Below are positions 1-9,621 of a stretch of 64,000 bases of DNA, piece by piece. The stretch is from Candidatus Eiseniibacteriota bacterium (lineage in GTDB: Bacteria > Eisenbacteria > RBG-16-71-46 > CAZEPH01), in NCBI GenBank assembly GCA_044229145.1, contig JBGATO010000011.1:9519-73518 (forward strand), in the 5' to 3' direction. The translations under genes and the position numbers were made by a program. Below the pieces are notes generated by a model that was not told where the DNA came from, did not search any database, and saw nothing but the letters and a program-made list of their open reading frames with translations. The stretch's first letter is position 1, and the number at the start of each line of letters is the position of its first letter.

Positions 1-1
1 G

Positions 2-235
2 CTGGTGCCGGCGGCCGCCCTCGCGCTGGGCGCGTGGAGCGGCACCACGCGGCTTTTCGAGGCGGTCTATCTGGTCGCGTGGTACATCGGGCCGATGAAC
101 CGGGTGCCGATGTTCGACTACAGCGGAGCGACCGCGTCGGCGGTGTCGCAAGGGAGCGGAGTGATCTGCGTGGGCCTTGCTGCCGGCTGCATCATCGCTG
201 CGCACGTCGCCACCGCGCGTCGATTGCGCGTTTGA
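2..235 (+). CDS. C-terminal fragment of a membrane protein (possibly an ABC permease); start lies outside the window
   Basis: Frame is open from the window edge; two hydrophobic helices (LFEAVYLVAWYIG, VICVGLAAGCIIAA) then a basic tail RRLRV and TGA. Confidence 0.55.
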   Translation: MVPAAALALGAWSGTTRLFEAVYLVAWYIGPMNRVPMFDYSGATASAVSQGSGVICVGLAAGCIIAAHVATARRLRV

Positions 236-318
236 CGGACGAGGTGTGGCGTGGTGAACTCTTAGCTCCCCCTAAGTCGAGTTTGTCGCGCCTCACTTCG
301 ATCTGGAGGAACACCCCC

Positions 319-798
319 ATGTCCGCCAACCCAATTCGTCCCGGACTCCACACGATCACGCCCAACATCGTCGTGCAGGACTGCGCCGCCGCGATGACGT
401 TCTACACCACCGCGTTCGGCGCCGAAGAACTCGCGCGCTTCCCGATGCCGGACGGGACGACGATCATGCACGCCGAGATGCGCATCGGCGACTCGATCTT
501 CTTCCTCAACGACGAGTTCCCCGCCATGGAGTCGTTCTCGCCGCTCCACTACAAGGGCACCTCGTGCAGCCTCATGCTCGCCGTGGTGGATTGCGACGCC
601 GCGTTCGCGCGCGCGGTCGAGGCCGGCTGCACCGTCGACATGCCGCCCGCCGACATGTTCTGGGGCGATCGCTTCGCCGCCGTCACCGATCCGTTCGGCC
701 ACTCGTGGGGCATCTCGACCCACATCAAGGACATGACGATGGAGGAGATGCGCGACGCCGCGCAGGCGGCGTTCGCCGAGGGAGGCATGCACGGCTAG
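319..798 (+). CDS. VOC/glyoxalase family protein (PhnB-like), 159 aa
   Basis: GGAGG at 305-309 before ATG 319; motifs HTITPNIVV, FYTTAFGA, HAEMRIGDS, DMFWGDR, DPFGHSW. Confidence 0.92.
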   Translation: MSANPIRPGLHTITPNIVVQDCAAAMTFYTTAFGAEELARFPMPDGTTIMHAEMRIGDSIFFLNDEFPAMESFSPLHYKGTSCSLMLAVVDCDAAFARAVEAGCTVDMPPADMFWGDRFAAVTDPFGHSWGISTHIKDMTMEEMRDAAQAAFAEGGMHG

Positions 799-925
799 GC
801 AGCGCGCGCACAGCGGCGACGCGCCCTCTGCCGCCTGGAGGCGATGGGCGCCGGCGGCGTTCGGCACGGGGCTGGCGGGGGTCGCGGTCGCGATCCTCGC
901 CGCACTGTTTGGGCTCGGGCATCGA

Positions 926-2242
926 TTGCAGGCGGGTGCGTCGGGGGCGCCGCGCGCGGCAGAGGCGGGAGCGGCGAGCTCTGGGTCGCTCGCTGAGATT
1001 CTACTCGCGCTGCTGGTCGTATTGGCGGTGAGCCGCGCGATGGCAGTCGCGCTGCGCCGATTGCATCAGCCGCCGGTGATCGGCGAGATGCTCGCCGGAC
1101 TGGCGCTCGGTCCGTCGCTGTTGGGACGCTGGGCACCCGAGTGGTCGGCACAGCTGCTGTCGCCGGGCGCGCTGCCGGCGTTGTCGGCGCTGGCGCAGGT
1201 CGGCGTGCTGCTGTTCTTGTTCACGGTCGGACTCGAACTCGACTTGCGCGCGGTGCGGGCGCACGCGCGGCAGGTGCTGACCATCGCGGAGGCGAGTCTC
1301 CTGGTGCCGTTCGTCGCCGGCGTCGCGGTGGCGGTATGGCTCTATCCGCGCTTCGGCACCGCCGACGTGCCGTTCCTGCACTTCGCGCTGTTTTGCGGCT
1401 TGTCGTTGTCGGTGACCGCGTTTCCGGTGTTGGCGCGCATCCTGACCGACATGGGACTCCACGCCACCCGGCTCGGCACCACGGCGCTGGCCTGCGCGGC
1501 GGTCGCCGACGTCGTGGCGTGGTGCGCGCTGGCGGTGGTGGTCGGGTTGGTGCGCGCCGACGTCTCCCACGGCATGCTGGCGAGCCTCGGCGCGCTCGTC
1601 TACGCGCTGGTCCTGTTGACGATGGTGCGGCCGCTCGTCCGGCGGTGGGCCGCGGCGGTCGAGAGGACCGGCCTCACGCCGTCGCACTTGGGAGTCTTGG
1701 CGGCCTGCGTGCTCGCCTCCGCGTACGCCACCGAGGCGGTCGGCGTGCACGCGCTCTTCGGCGCCTTCCTGTTCGGTGCCGTGGTGCCGCACGATTCGCG
1801 GCTGGCGCGCGAGGCGCACGAGAAGGTGCAGGGCGTGGTGGTCGTCGTGTTCCTGCCGGTCTACTTCGCCTTCACCGGATTGCGGACGCAGGTCGGCCTG
1901 CTCGCGGACGATGGCGGGTGGCGCGCGTTCGCGCTCATCGTGGCGATCGCCACGCTGGCCAAGATCGGCAGCGGCCTGCTCGCCGGCCGGATCAACGGGC
2001 TGGGGTGGCGCGAGGCGGGCGGTCTCGGGGTGCTGCTCAACACGCGCGGTCTGATGGAATTGGTGGTGCTCAACATGGGGCTCGACCTCGGCCTCATCAC
2101 GCCGCGGCTCTTCGCGGTGCTCGTATTGATGGCGATCGTCACGACCTGCGGAACGGCGCCGCTCCTGCACCTCCTTGGCGTGGTGCGGCGCGCCCGCTCA
2201 GAGCGCGCAGAAGACGTCGTGATGGCAGGCGCCGCACACTAG
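926..2242 (+). CDS. Cation:proton antiporter (CPA2 / Na+,K+/H+ exchanger family); start uncertain
   Basis: About 12 TM helices; QPPVIGEMLAGLALGPSLLG, FTVGLELD, SVTAFPVLARIL, NTRGLMELVVLN. The frame extends upstream through another hydrophobic helix without ATG/GTG/TTG. Confidence 0.9.
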   Translation: MQAGASGAPRAAEAGAASSGSLAEILLALLVVLAVSRAMAVALRRLHQPPVIGEMLAGLALGPSLLGRWAPEWSAQLLSPGALPALSALAQVGVLLFLFTVGLELDLRAVRAHARQVLTIAEASLLVPFVAGVAVAVWLYPRFGTADVPFLHFALFCGLSLSVTAFPVLARILTDMGLHATRLGTTALACAAVADVVAWCALAVVVGLVRADVSHGMLASLGALVYALVLLTMVRPLVRRWAAAVERTGLTPSHLGVLAACVLASAYATEAVGVHALFGAFLFGAVVPHDSRLAREAHEKVQGVVVVVFLPVYFAFTGLRTQVGLLADDGGWRAFALIVAIATLAKIGSGLLAGRINGLGWREAGGLGVLLNTRGLMELVVLNMGLDLGLITPRLFAVLVLMAIVTTCGTAPLLHLLGVVRRARSERAEDVVMAGAAH

Positions 2243-2578
2243 GCGGCTTTCGATCGGGAACAGCGGACCGGGGCGAAACCGTTGCGCGTGGGCGCAGCGC
2301 GGACAGACGCCGTCCACGGTGAGCAGCCGCTCGCGTTCGCGCCAATGGAAGCGCGCCAGGAATACGCCGCCGGCGAACAAGCGCGGCACCGACGTGATCT
2401 GAAAGGGCAGGAAGACGGCGATGGTGCCGGTTGCCCACATCGCGAGCCACGCCCACAGACCGCGCGCGACGCGCAGTGGCAGCGACTGGCGGCGCCACGC
2501 GGCGATTCCTGATTGCGGGGCGTGCCCGAAACTCGTGAGCGTCACTGCGCCCTGACGCCGATCTCCGCCACTTACCAT
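2198..2578 (-). CDS. Small membrane protein with a C-terminal zinc ribbon (CPRC...CGAC), 126 aa
   Basis: ATG overlaps the GH31 stop region (GAATGGTAA); two hydrophobic segments then paired CxxC motifs; 45-bp tail-to-tail overlap with the antiporter. Confidence 0.6.
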   Translation of the reverse strand: MVSGGDRRQGAVTLTSFGHAPQSGIAAWRRQSLPLRVARGLWAWLAMWATGTIAVFLPFQITSVPRLFAGGVFLARFHWRERERLLTVDGVCPRCAHAQRFRPGPLFPIESRLVCGACHHDVFCAL

Positions 2579-4980
2579 TCGACCACGAGTGCCCGTGTGT
2601 GCGGCGGCAATGCGAAGCGCAGCGCCCCGCCGGCGTCGCGCGAGAACGCCACCGCGCGATCATCGCAGGTGAGGCGGCGCGGTGTCACGGCGGCACCGTG
2701 CACCACCACGGTGCATGGACGCGCGCGCACCACGCCGGCGCAGAACTCGCCGATCCGTACGACGAACGCGTCGCGCGTCGCCGTCGTCCGCCAGCGCGTC
2801 ACGCGCCAGCCGGCGGCGGGGTCGCCGTCGCCGGCATCTTCGTACAGTTCGCTGGTGGCCTCGCCGCCGACGTACAGGTGCGCCTCGACCGCGCCCGTGG
2901 TGTCCTGCCCGACCCACTCCTGCGCCGGGCCCGTGAACACGACCCCGCCGGCACGCGCGAACAGCGGGAGACCGCCGACGCCGCTGGTGTCGATGCCGGT
3001 CGCCGATTCGACACGCGGGGCCGGCACGACGACGGTGCGATCGCCGGCATACGACGGCCCATCGGGAAAGCGGTACCAGCGGCCGCGCGGCAACACGACG
3101 CGCCGCGTGTCCTCCTCCGGCGCGACGACTGGCGCGACGAGCACGTGATCGCCGCAGAAGTACTCGTCGCCTGCCGTCCACAGCGAGGCGTCCTGGGGGC
3201 GATCCCAGAACAGCGGACGCATCACCGGCGCGCCGGTGTGGGCGTGCTGCCAGAACGCGGAGTAGAGGGTCGGCAGCAGCCGGTAGCGCAAGCCGAGGAT
3301 CGCGCGGTTGGCGGCTTCGTACGGGGCACCGAACGCCCACGGTTCGCGACGCGGGCCTTGTCCGTCGGAGTGCACGCGGAAGAAGGGGAACAAGACGCCG
3401 GCTTGCAGGAAGCGCGTGAACATTTGCGGGGTCGGGTCGCCGGCATAGCCGCCGAGGTCGGCGCCGGCGAACGGCTGGCCGCTGAGTCCGAGTCCGGCCA
3501 CCATCGGAATCGTGATCGCCAGGTGCGGCCACGTCGACACGTTATCGCCAGTCCACTGCGCGGCGTAGCGCTGGATGCCGGAGTAGCCGGCGCGCGACAG
3601 CACGAATGGCCGCGCATCGGGCCGCGCGCGGCGCAGGCCGTCGAACGTCGCCCGCGCCATCAAGAGGCCATACTGATTGTGCACGAGGGCGTGCGAGGCT
3701 TCGCCGCCGGGGAAGCGCACGCTGTCGGGCATCGTCTTCACGCCGAACACCGACGGCTCGTTCATGTCGTTCCAGATACCGCGCACGCCGAGCGCCGCGA
3801 CATCGCCATGCAGATTGCCCCACCACTCCCGCGTCGCGGCGGAGGTGAAATCGGGGAAGACGCAGTCGCCTGGCCACACGCGGCCGACGTACGGCGTGCC
3901 CTGCGGCGTGAGCGCGAACGCGCCACGGCGCAGTCCGTCGCGATACACGGTGTATGCCGTGTCGACCTTCACGCCGGGATCGACGATCGGCACGAGCTTG
4001 AAGTTCTGCGCGGCGAGATCGCGCACCATCGCCGCGGGATGCGCGAATGCCAGGCTGTCCCAGGTGAAGACGCGAAAGCCCTGCATGTAGTGGATGTCGA
4101 GATGCAGCACGTCGCACGGGATGCGGCGATGGCGAAATTCCCATGCGGTGCGGTACACCGCGCTTTCCGGCGTGTAACTGAATCGGCTCTGGTGGAAACC
4201 CAGCGCCCACAGCGGCGGCAGCGGTGCGCGGCCGGTCAACCGCGTGTACTGCGCGAGCACCTCCGCCATCGTCGGGCCCGGCAGCACGTACAGGCACAGG
4301 TCGCGGCCAGACGAGTCGTAGACGACATCGGGCGAGCCGCCCGCGAAGTCGAACGACGCCCGCGACGGATCATCGTAGAACATGCCGTGGACCAGCGAGT
4401 CATGGACCGCGAGGTACACGGGAAAGGACGAGTACAGCGGCCCGTCGCCGACGTTGTACTTGTAGGCGTCGGTGTTCCAGAGCGTGATGTGCTGTCGCGT
4501 GCGGTCGAGCGAGGTCGCCTGCTCGCCGAGGCCGGTGTACCGCGTCCCCTCGGCATGCACGATGGCATGGCGCACGCCGTCCGGCCGTAACGTCACGCCG
4601 CCCGCGTCGCGGAAGAGATCGTCGCCGTACTTGGTCGTCACGCGGAGTGCGAAGGGATGCTGGGCCACGCGCACCAGGCAGCCGGGCGCTGCGAACACCA
4701 GTGTGTCCCCGGCGACGCTGCGGCCGAGCGTCGCCGGCACCAGTGCCTCCCGCAGCACCGCAGGCGACCGGAGGGGCGCGAACGCGGTGTCCGCGGTGAC
4801 GCGGATCCGCACGCCGATTTCGTCGAAGCCCTCGAGCAGCACCGTGCCGCGCGCGGTGACGAACGCCACGCCGGTCCCCGACGGCACGACGCGCCGCACG
4901 TCACCGAGGCTGCTGGGCGCGGCGTGCGCCGGCAGCCACGCGAGCACCAGCGCCGCGAGCGCGGCAGCGGCGTGTCTCAC
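2572..4980 (-). CDS. Glycoside hydrolase family 31 (alpha-glucosidase type) with signal peptide, 802 aa
   Basis: GTG start overlaps the LOG stop (GTGA); signal peptide VRHAAAALAALVLAWLPAHA; catalytic WNDMNEP and WTGDN motifs; PPLWALGFHQSR, HNQYG. Confidence 0.93.
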   Translation of the reverse strand: MRHAAAALAALVLAWLPAHAAPSSLGDVRRVVPSGTGVAFVTARGTVLLEGFDEIGVRIRVTADTAFAPLRSPAVLREALVPATLGRSVAGDTLVFAAPGCLVRVAQHPFALRVTTKYGDDLFRDAGGVTLRPDGVRHAIVHAEGTRYTGLGEQATSLDRTRQHITLWNTDAYKYNVGDGPLYSSFPVYLAVHDSLVHGMFYDDPSRASFDFAGGSPDVVYDSSGRDLCLYVLPGPTMAEVLAQYTRLTGRAPLPPLWALGFHQSRFSYTPESAVYRTAWEFRHRRIPCDVLHLDIHYMQGFRVFTWDSLAFAHPAAMVRDLAAQNFKLVPIVDPGVKVDTAYTVYRDGLRRGAFALTPQGTPYVGRVWPGDCVFPDFTSAATREWWGNLHGDVAALGVRGIWNDMNEPSVFGVKTMPDSVRFPGGEASHALVHNQYGLLMARATFDGLRRARPDARPFVLSRAGYSGIQRYAAQWTGDNVSTWPHLAITIPMVAGLGLSGQPFAGADLGGYAGDPTPQMFTRFLQAGVLFPFFRVHSDGQGPRREPWAFGAPYEAANRAILGLRYRLLPTLYSAFWQHAHTGAPVMRPLFWDRPQDASLWTAGDEYFCGDHVLVAPVVAPEEDTRRVVLPRGRWYRFPDGPSYAGDRTVVVPAPRVESATGIDTSGVGGLPLFARAGGVVFTGPAQEWVGQDTTGAVEAHLYVGGEATSELYEDAGDGDPAAGWRVTRWRTTATRDAFVVRIGEFCAGVVRARPCTVVVHGAAVTPRRLTCDDRAVAFSRDAGGALRFALPPHTRALVVEW

Positions 4981-5825
4981 GACGCGCCCCGCGCGTACGC
5001 GCCGATCGCTTCCCACGCCTCCTCCGCGGTTTCGACGTAGTGGAACAAGTCGAGATCGTCCGGCGAGATGGTGCCGTCCGCGACCAGCGCCTCGAAGTCG
5101 ATCACGCGGCTCCAATACTCGCGTCCGAACAGCAGCACCGGCATCGGCGGCACCTTGCGCGTCTGCACGAGCGTCAGCGTCTCGAACAGTTCGTCGATGG
5201 TGCCGAAGCCGCCGGGAAACGCCACCATCGCCTTGGCGCGAATCAAGAAGTGCATCTTGCGGATCGCGAAGTAGTGGAATTGGAAACAGAGGTCCGGCGT
5301 GATGAACGGATTCGGCTCCTGCTCGAAGGGGAGCGTGATATTGAGACCGATCGACTTCGCCCCGACATCGTGTGCTCCGCGGTTGGCGGCCTCCATGATG
5401 CCCGGACCGCCCCCGGTCATGATGACGTAATCGCATTGCCCGTCGCGCTGGCAGGCACCGGAGACGATGCGCGCGAAACGCCGCGCCTCTTCGTAATAGT
5501 GCGAAAGTTCGACCCGGCGCGCGGCGATGCGGACGGCCTGAGCGGCGCGCGCATCGTGCGGTGCCGCGGCGGCGGCGGCACGCGCATCCGCCAGCGCTGC
5601 CTCCGCGGCTTCGCGTTCGACGATGCGCGTCGAGCCGAACACCACGATCGTCGAGGCGATGCTGTGTGCCTCGAGTTCGAGTTGCGGTTTCAAGAGTTCG
5701 AGTTGCAGGCGCACCGGGCGCAGTGCATCGCGATTCAAGAAATCGATGTCCTTGTACGCGACGCGATACGACGGCGAATCGAGAATCGCGGCGCGCGCCG
5801 CAGTGGGCGAAAAGCTCTCCGACAT
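4977..5825 (-). CDS. LOG family nucleotide phosphoribohydrolase (TIGR00730-like), 282 aa
   Basis: GAGGAG RBS; VVFGSTR, TGGGPGIMEAANRGA, RKMHF, PGGFGTIDE motifs. Confidence 0.93.
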   Translation of the reverse strand: MSESFSPTAARAAILDSPSYRVAYKDIDFLNRDALRPVRLQLELLKPQLELEAHSIASTIVVFGSTRIVEREAAEAALADARAAAAAAPHDARAAQAVRIAARRVELSHYYEEARRFARIVSGACQRDGQCDYVIMTGGGPGIMEAANRGAHDVGAKSIGLNITLPFEQEPNPFITPDLCFQFHYFAIRKMHFLIRAKAMVAFPGGFGTIDELFETLTLVQTRKVPPMPVLLFGREYWSRVIDFEALVADGTISPDDLDLFHYVETAEEAWEAIGAYARGAS

Positions 5826-6061
5826 CTTGCATCTCCTCGCGTCGTGCGCGGCCGACGCCGCGCGCACGGTGCCAACCAGGACCGCTCGCGGAGTCTGCGC
5901 CCTAAGGACCACGGAAGGAAGTCCCGATGCGGTTCTAGCATGCAAAGTGTCAGACGAGGCGCGGCGAGGCAGTGTGCTCGCCGCTTCCGAGACGCCGATC
6001 CCGAGCCTCGCGAAGGAGCCGTCTGACGGCTGCGACCGATCGGGATGCGAAGGCACTGGTA

Positions 6062-6439
6062 ATGCACGAAGTGAGCATCGCCCGCCAACTGCTGGCGGCC
6101 GTGAAGGACCACAGCACCCGCCCGCGCGGTGACCCGCCGGCGCGGCTGACGCGGATCGTGATCCGCGTGGGAGAGTTGGCCGGTGTGGCGCCGGATGCAG
6201 TGACGTTTGCTTTTGCCTGCCTTGCGCACGATACCCCGTGGGCCGGAGTGCCCGTGGACTGCGAGACGGTTCCCCTGACCGTCGCCTGCGACGCGTGTGG
6301 CGCGATCACGCCGGTTGTAAACCTGGTGTTTCGGTGCGCTGCGTGCGCCTCGCCCTCTACCCGCATCGTCTCTGGCCGTGAACTGGAACTCCGCGCCCTG
6401 GAGTTCGCCGAGGAGGAGCTTCCCTGTGAGCACCGTTGA
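6062..6439 (+). CDS. hypA: Hydrogenase nickel metallochaperone HypA
   Basis: N-terminal MHE; CDAC and CAAC zinc motifs; SGREL. Confidence 0.95.
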   Translation: MHEVSIARQLLAAVKDHSTRPRGDPPARLTRIVIRVGELAGVAPDAVTFAFACLAHDTPWAGVPVDCETVPLTVACDACGAITPVVNLVFRCAACASPSTRIVSGRELELRALEFAEEELPCEHR

Positions 6440-7109
6440 TGTGGCCGTTCCCTTGATGGCAGCCAACGACGCCGTCGCCCGCGATCATCGCGCGATGTTC
6501 GCGGCGCGCGGCATCTACGCACTCAACTTGATGAGCGGGCCGGGCGCCGGCAAGACCTCGCTGCTCGAAGGCGTGCTGCCGCTACTCGCGGCGCGCTACA
6601 CGTGCGCCGTGCTGGAAGGCGACATCGCCGGACATGCCGACGCGGACCGTCTGCGCGGCACCGGGGCGCGCGTCGCCCAAGTCAATACCGGTGCCGAGTG
6701 CCACCTCGAAGCGCAGATGATCCACGACACGCTCGTCGAGCTCAGCGTGCGCGACCCTGAGTTGGTCGTGATCGAGAACGTCGGCAATCTCGTGTGCCCG
6801 GCCGAATTCGATCTCGGCGAAGACGACTGCGTGATGGTGCTCTCGGTGACCGAAGGGCACGACAAGCCGAAGAAGTATCCCTTGATGTTCCGGCACGCGC
6901 GGCTGCTCGTGCTCAACAAGATCGATCTGCTGCCCTACACCAACTTCGACCTCGAGGCGGCGGTGCGCGATGCACGCGACCTGCACCCGGGGATCGAAGT
7001 GCTGGCGGTGTCGTGCCGCACCGGCGAAGGGCTGCCCGAACTCGCCGCGTGGATCGAAGAGCGCATGGCCGCGAAAGCCGCGACCGCGGTGCGCGAGGAG
7101 GTTTCGTGA
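6426..7109 (+). CDS. hypB: Hydrogenase nickel incorporation GTPase HypB
   Basis: GGAGGAG RBS then GTG; SGPGAGKTSLL, CHL, ENVGNLVCPAEFDLGE, NKIDL. Confidence 0.96.
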   Translation: MSTVDVAVPLMAANDAVARDHRAMFAARGIYALNLMSGPGAGKTSLLEGVLPLLAARYTCAVLEGDIAGHADADRLRGTGARVAQVNTGAECHLEAQMIHDTLVELSVRDPELVVIENVGNLVCPAEFDLGEDDCVMVLSVTEGHDKPKKYPLMFRHARLLVLNKIDLLPYTNFDLEAAVRDARDLHPGIEVLAVSCRTGEGLPELAAWIEERMAAKAATAVREEVS

Positions 7110-8305
7110 ACGCACATCCGCCCGACACCCTGACGATGACGGCGCCGGCACCGCACGGCGCCACCCGGGAGGGGCCGCCGCACGTGTTCGGCCCCGAGGG
7201 ACTCGACGCCTTGCTCGACGCCCTGCGCGCCGACGGCTACACCACCGTGGGGCCGCGTCTGCGCGACGGTGCGGTGGTCTACGACGCGATCACGCGCTAC
7301 GCCGACCTGCCGATTGGCTGGCAGGACACGCAGGAGCCCGCGTCCTCGCGCCTCGCCAAGACCGGCGGCCGCACGTTCTTCGGCGTGACCCTCGGGGCGC
7401 ACCCGTGGAAGCGCTTCTTCTATCCGCCGAAGACGCAGGTGTTCGCGCTGCGGCGACACGGGCGCAGCTTCGTGCCGGTGGACGCCGTGATGGCGCCGGC
7501 GCCGCGTTACGCGTTGATTGGGCCGCGGGCGTGCGAACTCGTCGCGATCGCGCGCCAGGACCGTGTGTTGCGCGATGGCTTCACGCCCGATCCGCTCTAC
7601 ACGCAGCGCCGCGCCGACAGCTTCATCGTCGCCGTGAATTGCACGCGCTGCGTCTCGACGTGCTTTTGCGTGTCGCAAGGCACCGGCCCGTGCGCGCAGA
7701 GCGGCTACGACCTGGCGCTGACCGAACTCGTCGACGGCGACCGTCACCAGTTCGTCTGCGACATCGGCACCGCGCGCGGGGCCGCGGTGTTGGCACGCAT
7801 CAGCGCGAAGGCGGCGACCGCGACGGAGCTGCACGACGCCGAACACGCGCGGCTCGCCGCCGAGGCGCAAACCCGCCGCCTGCCGGCCGCGCCGCTCTTG
7901 CATGACACGCTGCTGGCGCGCGCCGAACACCCGCACTGGGACGACATCGCACGCCGCTGCATGAGTTGCGGCGCCTGTACGGTGTCGTGTCCGACCTGCT
8001 TCTGCAGCACCACCACCGACAGCACCGACATCCCGGGCGACACCCTGACCCGCTGGCGGCTGTGGGATTCGTGCTTCTCGCTCGACTTTTCGTACATCCA
8101 CGGCGGCAGCGTGCGGGCCTCGGGCCGCTCGCGCTACCGGCAGTGGATGACGCACAAGCTCGCCACCTGGATCGACCAGTTTGGGTCGTCGGGATGCGTC
8201 GGTTGCGGCCGTTGCATCGCCTGGTGCCCGGTGGGGATCGACATCACCGCGGAAGCCGCCGCCCTCACGCGGCCGCACGAGGAGACTGTCCATGCACACT
8301 CTTGA
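7106..8305 (+). CDS. Group 3b hydrogenase beta subunit (4Fe-4S dicluster, HydB/AsrA-like), 399 aa
   Basis: GTGA overlap with hyp[47 protein letters not shown]. Confidence 0.92.
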   Translation: MNAHPPDTLTMTAPAPHGATREGPPHVFGPEGLDALLDALRADGYTTVGPRLRDGAVVYDAITRYADLPIGWQDTQEPASSRLAKTGGRTFFGVTLGAHPWKRFFYPPKTQVFALRRHGRSFVPVDAVMAPAPRYALIGPRACELVAIARQDRVLRDGFTPDPLYTQRRADSFIVAVNCTRCVSTCFCVSQGTGPCAQSGYDLALTELVDGDRHQFVCDIGTARGAAVLARISAKAATATELHDAEHARLAAEAQTRRLPAAPLLHDTLLARAEHPHWDDIARRCMSCGACTVSCPTCFCSTTTDSTDIPGDTLTRWRLWDSCFSLDFSYIHGGSVRASGRSRYRQWMTHKLATWIDQFGSSGCVGCGRCIAWCPVGIDITAEAAALTRPHEETVHAHS

Positions 8306-8753
8306 GTCGTTGCTGCCCGCGTATCCCTTCCAGCAGGGCCTCAAGCCGGAGCACCTGCACCTGATGGCGGGATGCGCCTCGAACGTCGTGTTCAAGCCCG
8401 GTGAAATGATCGTGCGCGAAGGCGAGGTCGCCGATCGCTTCTACGGCATTCGCCATGGCAAGGCCTTGATCGAAGTGTTCGTCCCCGGCCGCGGCGCGGT
8501 GCAGATCCAGACCATCGACGAAGGCGAGATGGTCGGCTTCTCGTGGCTGGTGCCGCCCCACATCATTCGCTACGACGTGCGCGCGCTTGTGCTGACCCGC
8601 GCCACCTCGTTCGACGCCGAATGCCTGCGCCGCAAGTGCGAAGAAGATACGACTCTGGGATACGAACTCATGAAGCGGGTGTGCGAAACGATGGCCCAGC
8701 GTCTCGAGGCCACCCGTCTGCAAATCGTGGATATCTATGGACACCGGAGCTGA
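8292..8753 (+). CDS. Stand-alone cyclic-nucleotide-binding domain protein (no HTH), 153 aa
   Basis: [39 protein letters not shown]-helix [13 protein letters not shown]. Confidence 0.88.
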   Translation: MHTLESLLPAYPFQQGLKPEHLHLMAGCASNVVFKPGEMIVREGEVADRFYGIRHGKALIEVFVPGRGAVQIQTIDEGEMVGFSWLVPPHIIRYDVRALVLTRATSFDAECLRRKCEEDTTLGYELMKRVCETMAQRLEATRLQIVDIYGHRS

Positions 8754-9621
8754 CCTGCTGACCGCGCCGGTGCCCGACACGACCTGTGATCACAGTGGCG
8801 ACTGGATGCAACCGGTCCTGCACGAGGTCGTGAGCACGCGGCGCGAAAATCCCGACACCGTCACCCTGGACCTCCGCCCGCTCGACGGCGGCGAGTGCCC
8901 ATCGTACACGCCCGGCCAGTGCAACATGCTGAGCGTGTTCGGCATCGGCGAGGTCCCCATTTCCATCAGCGGCGATCCTGCCAAGCGCGACGTCTACACC
9001 CACACGATTCGCGGCGTCGGCGCCGTCACGCGCGCGTTCTGCGCGATGAAGCCGGGCGCCGTGGTCGGCGTGCGGGGCCCGTACGGACGCGGCTGGCCGG
9101 TGGCCGAGGCGGAAGGTCTCGATTTGGTGTTCGTCGCCGGCGGTATCGGCCTGGCGCCGTTGCGTCCGGCGCTCTACGCCGCGCTCGCGCACCGCGAACG
9201 CTTCGGCAAGATCGTCGTCCTGCTCGGTGCGCGCTTGCCGGAAGACCTCCTCTACAAATCGGAAGTGCAGAAGTGGCGCGCGCGGTTCGACGTCGGTGTC
9301 GAGATCACCGTGGACTCGGCGCGCGACGGCTGGCGCGGCGACGTTGGCGTGGTGACGCGCCTGATTCCGCGCGTCGGCTTCGACCCGTTGCACGCGGCGG
9401 CGTTCGTGTGCGGCCCCGACATCATGATGCGCTACGCGGCGCAGGACTTGGTGAAGCGGGGCGTCGACCCGGCGCGTATCGCGGTGTCGTTGGAACGCAA
9501 TATGAAGTGCATGATCGGCCAGTGCGGGCACTGTCAGATCGGCGCGTGGTTCCCCTGCGTCGACGGACCGGTGTTTCCGTACGCCACGGTCGAGCGGATC
9601 ATGCGCATGCGGGAGGTGTGA
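8737..9621 (+). CDS. Group 3b hydrogenase gamma subunit (FAD/NAD(P)-binding, 2Fe-2S; HydG-like), 294 aa
   Basis: PGQCNML, EVPISIS, RGPYGRGW, AGGIGLAPLR, CGPDIMM, ERNMKCMIGQCGHCQ...CVDGPVF. Confidence 0.93.
   Translation: MDTGADLLTAPVPDTTCDHSGDWMQPVLHEVVSTRRENPDTVTLDLRPLDGGECPSYTPGQCNMLSVFGIGEVPISISGDPAKRDVYTHTIRGVGAVTRAFCAMKPGAVVGVRGPYGRGWPVAEAEGLDLVFVAGGIGLAPLRPALYAALAHRERFGKIVVLLGARLPEDLLYKSEVQKWRARFDVGVEITVDSARDGWRGDVGVVTRLIPRVGFDPLHAAAFVCGPDIMMRYAAQDLVKRGVDPARIAVSLERNMKCMIGQCGHCQIGAWFPCVDGPVFPYATVERIMRMREV

Noticed and set aside
4981..5832. 1086-aa GH31 ORF as listed in the ORF track
   Set aside because: The first ~280 codons are an alternate-frame shadow of the LOG gene; the real start is GTG 4980 with a signal peptide.
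5860..5876. Sigma54-like TGGCAC-N5-GCGC upstream of the LOG gene
   Set aside because: The -12 element departs from TTGC and such matches arise by chance at this GC content.
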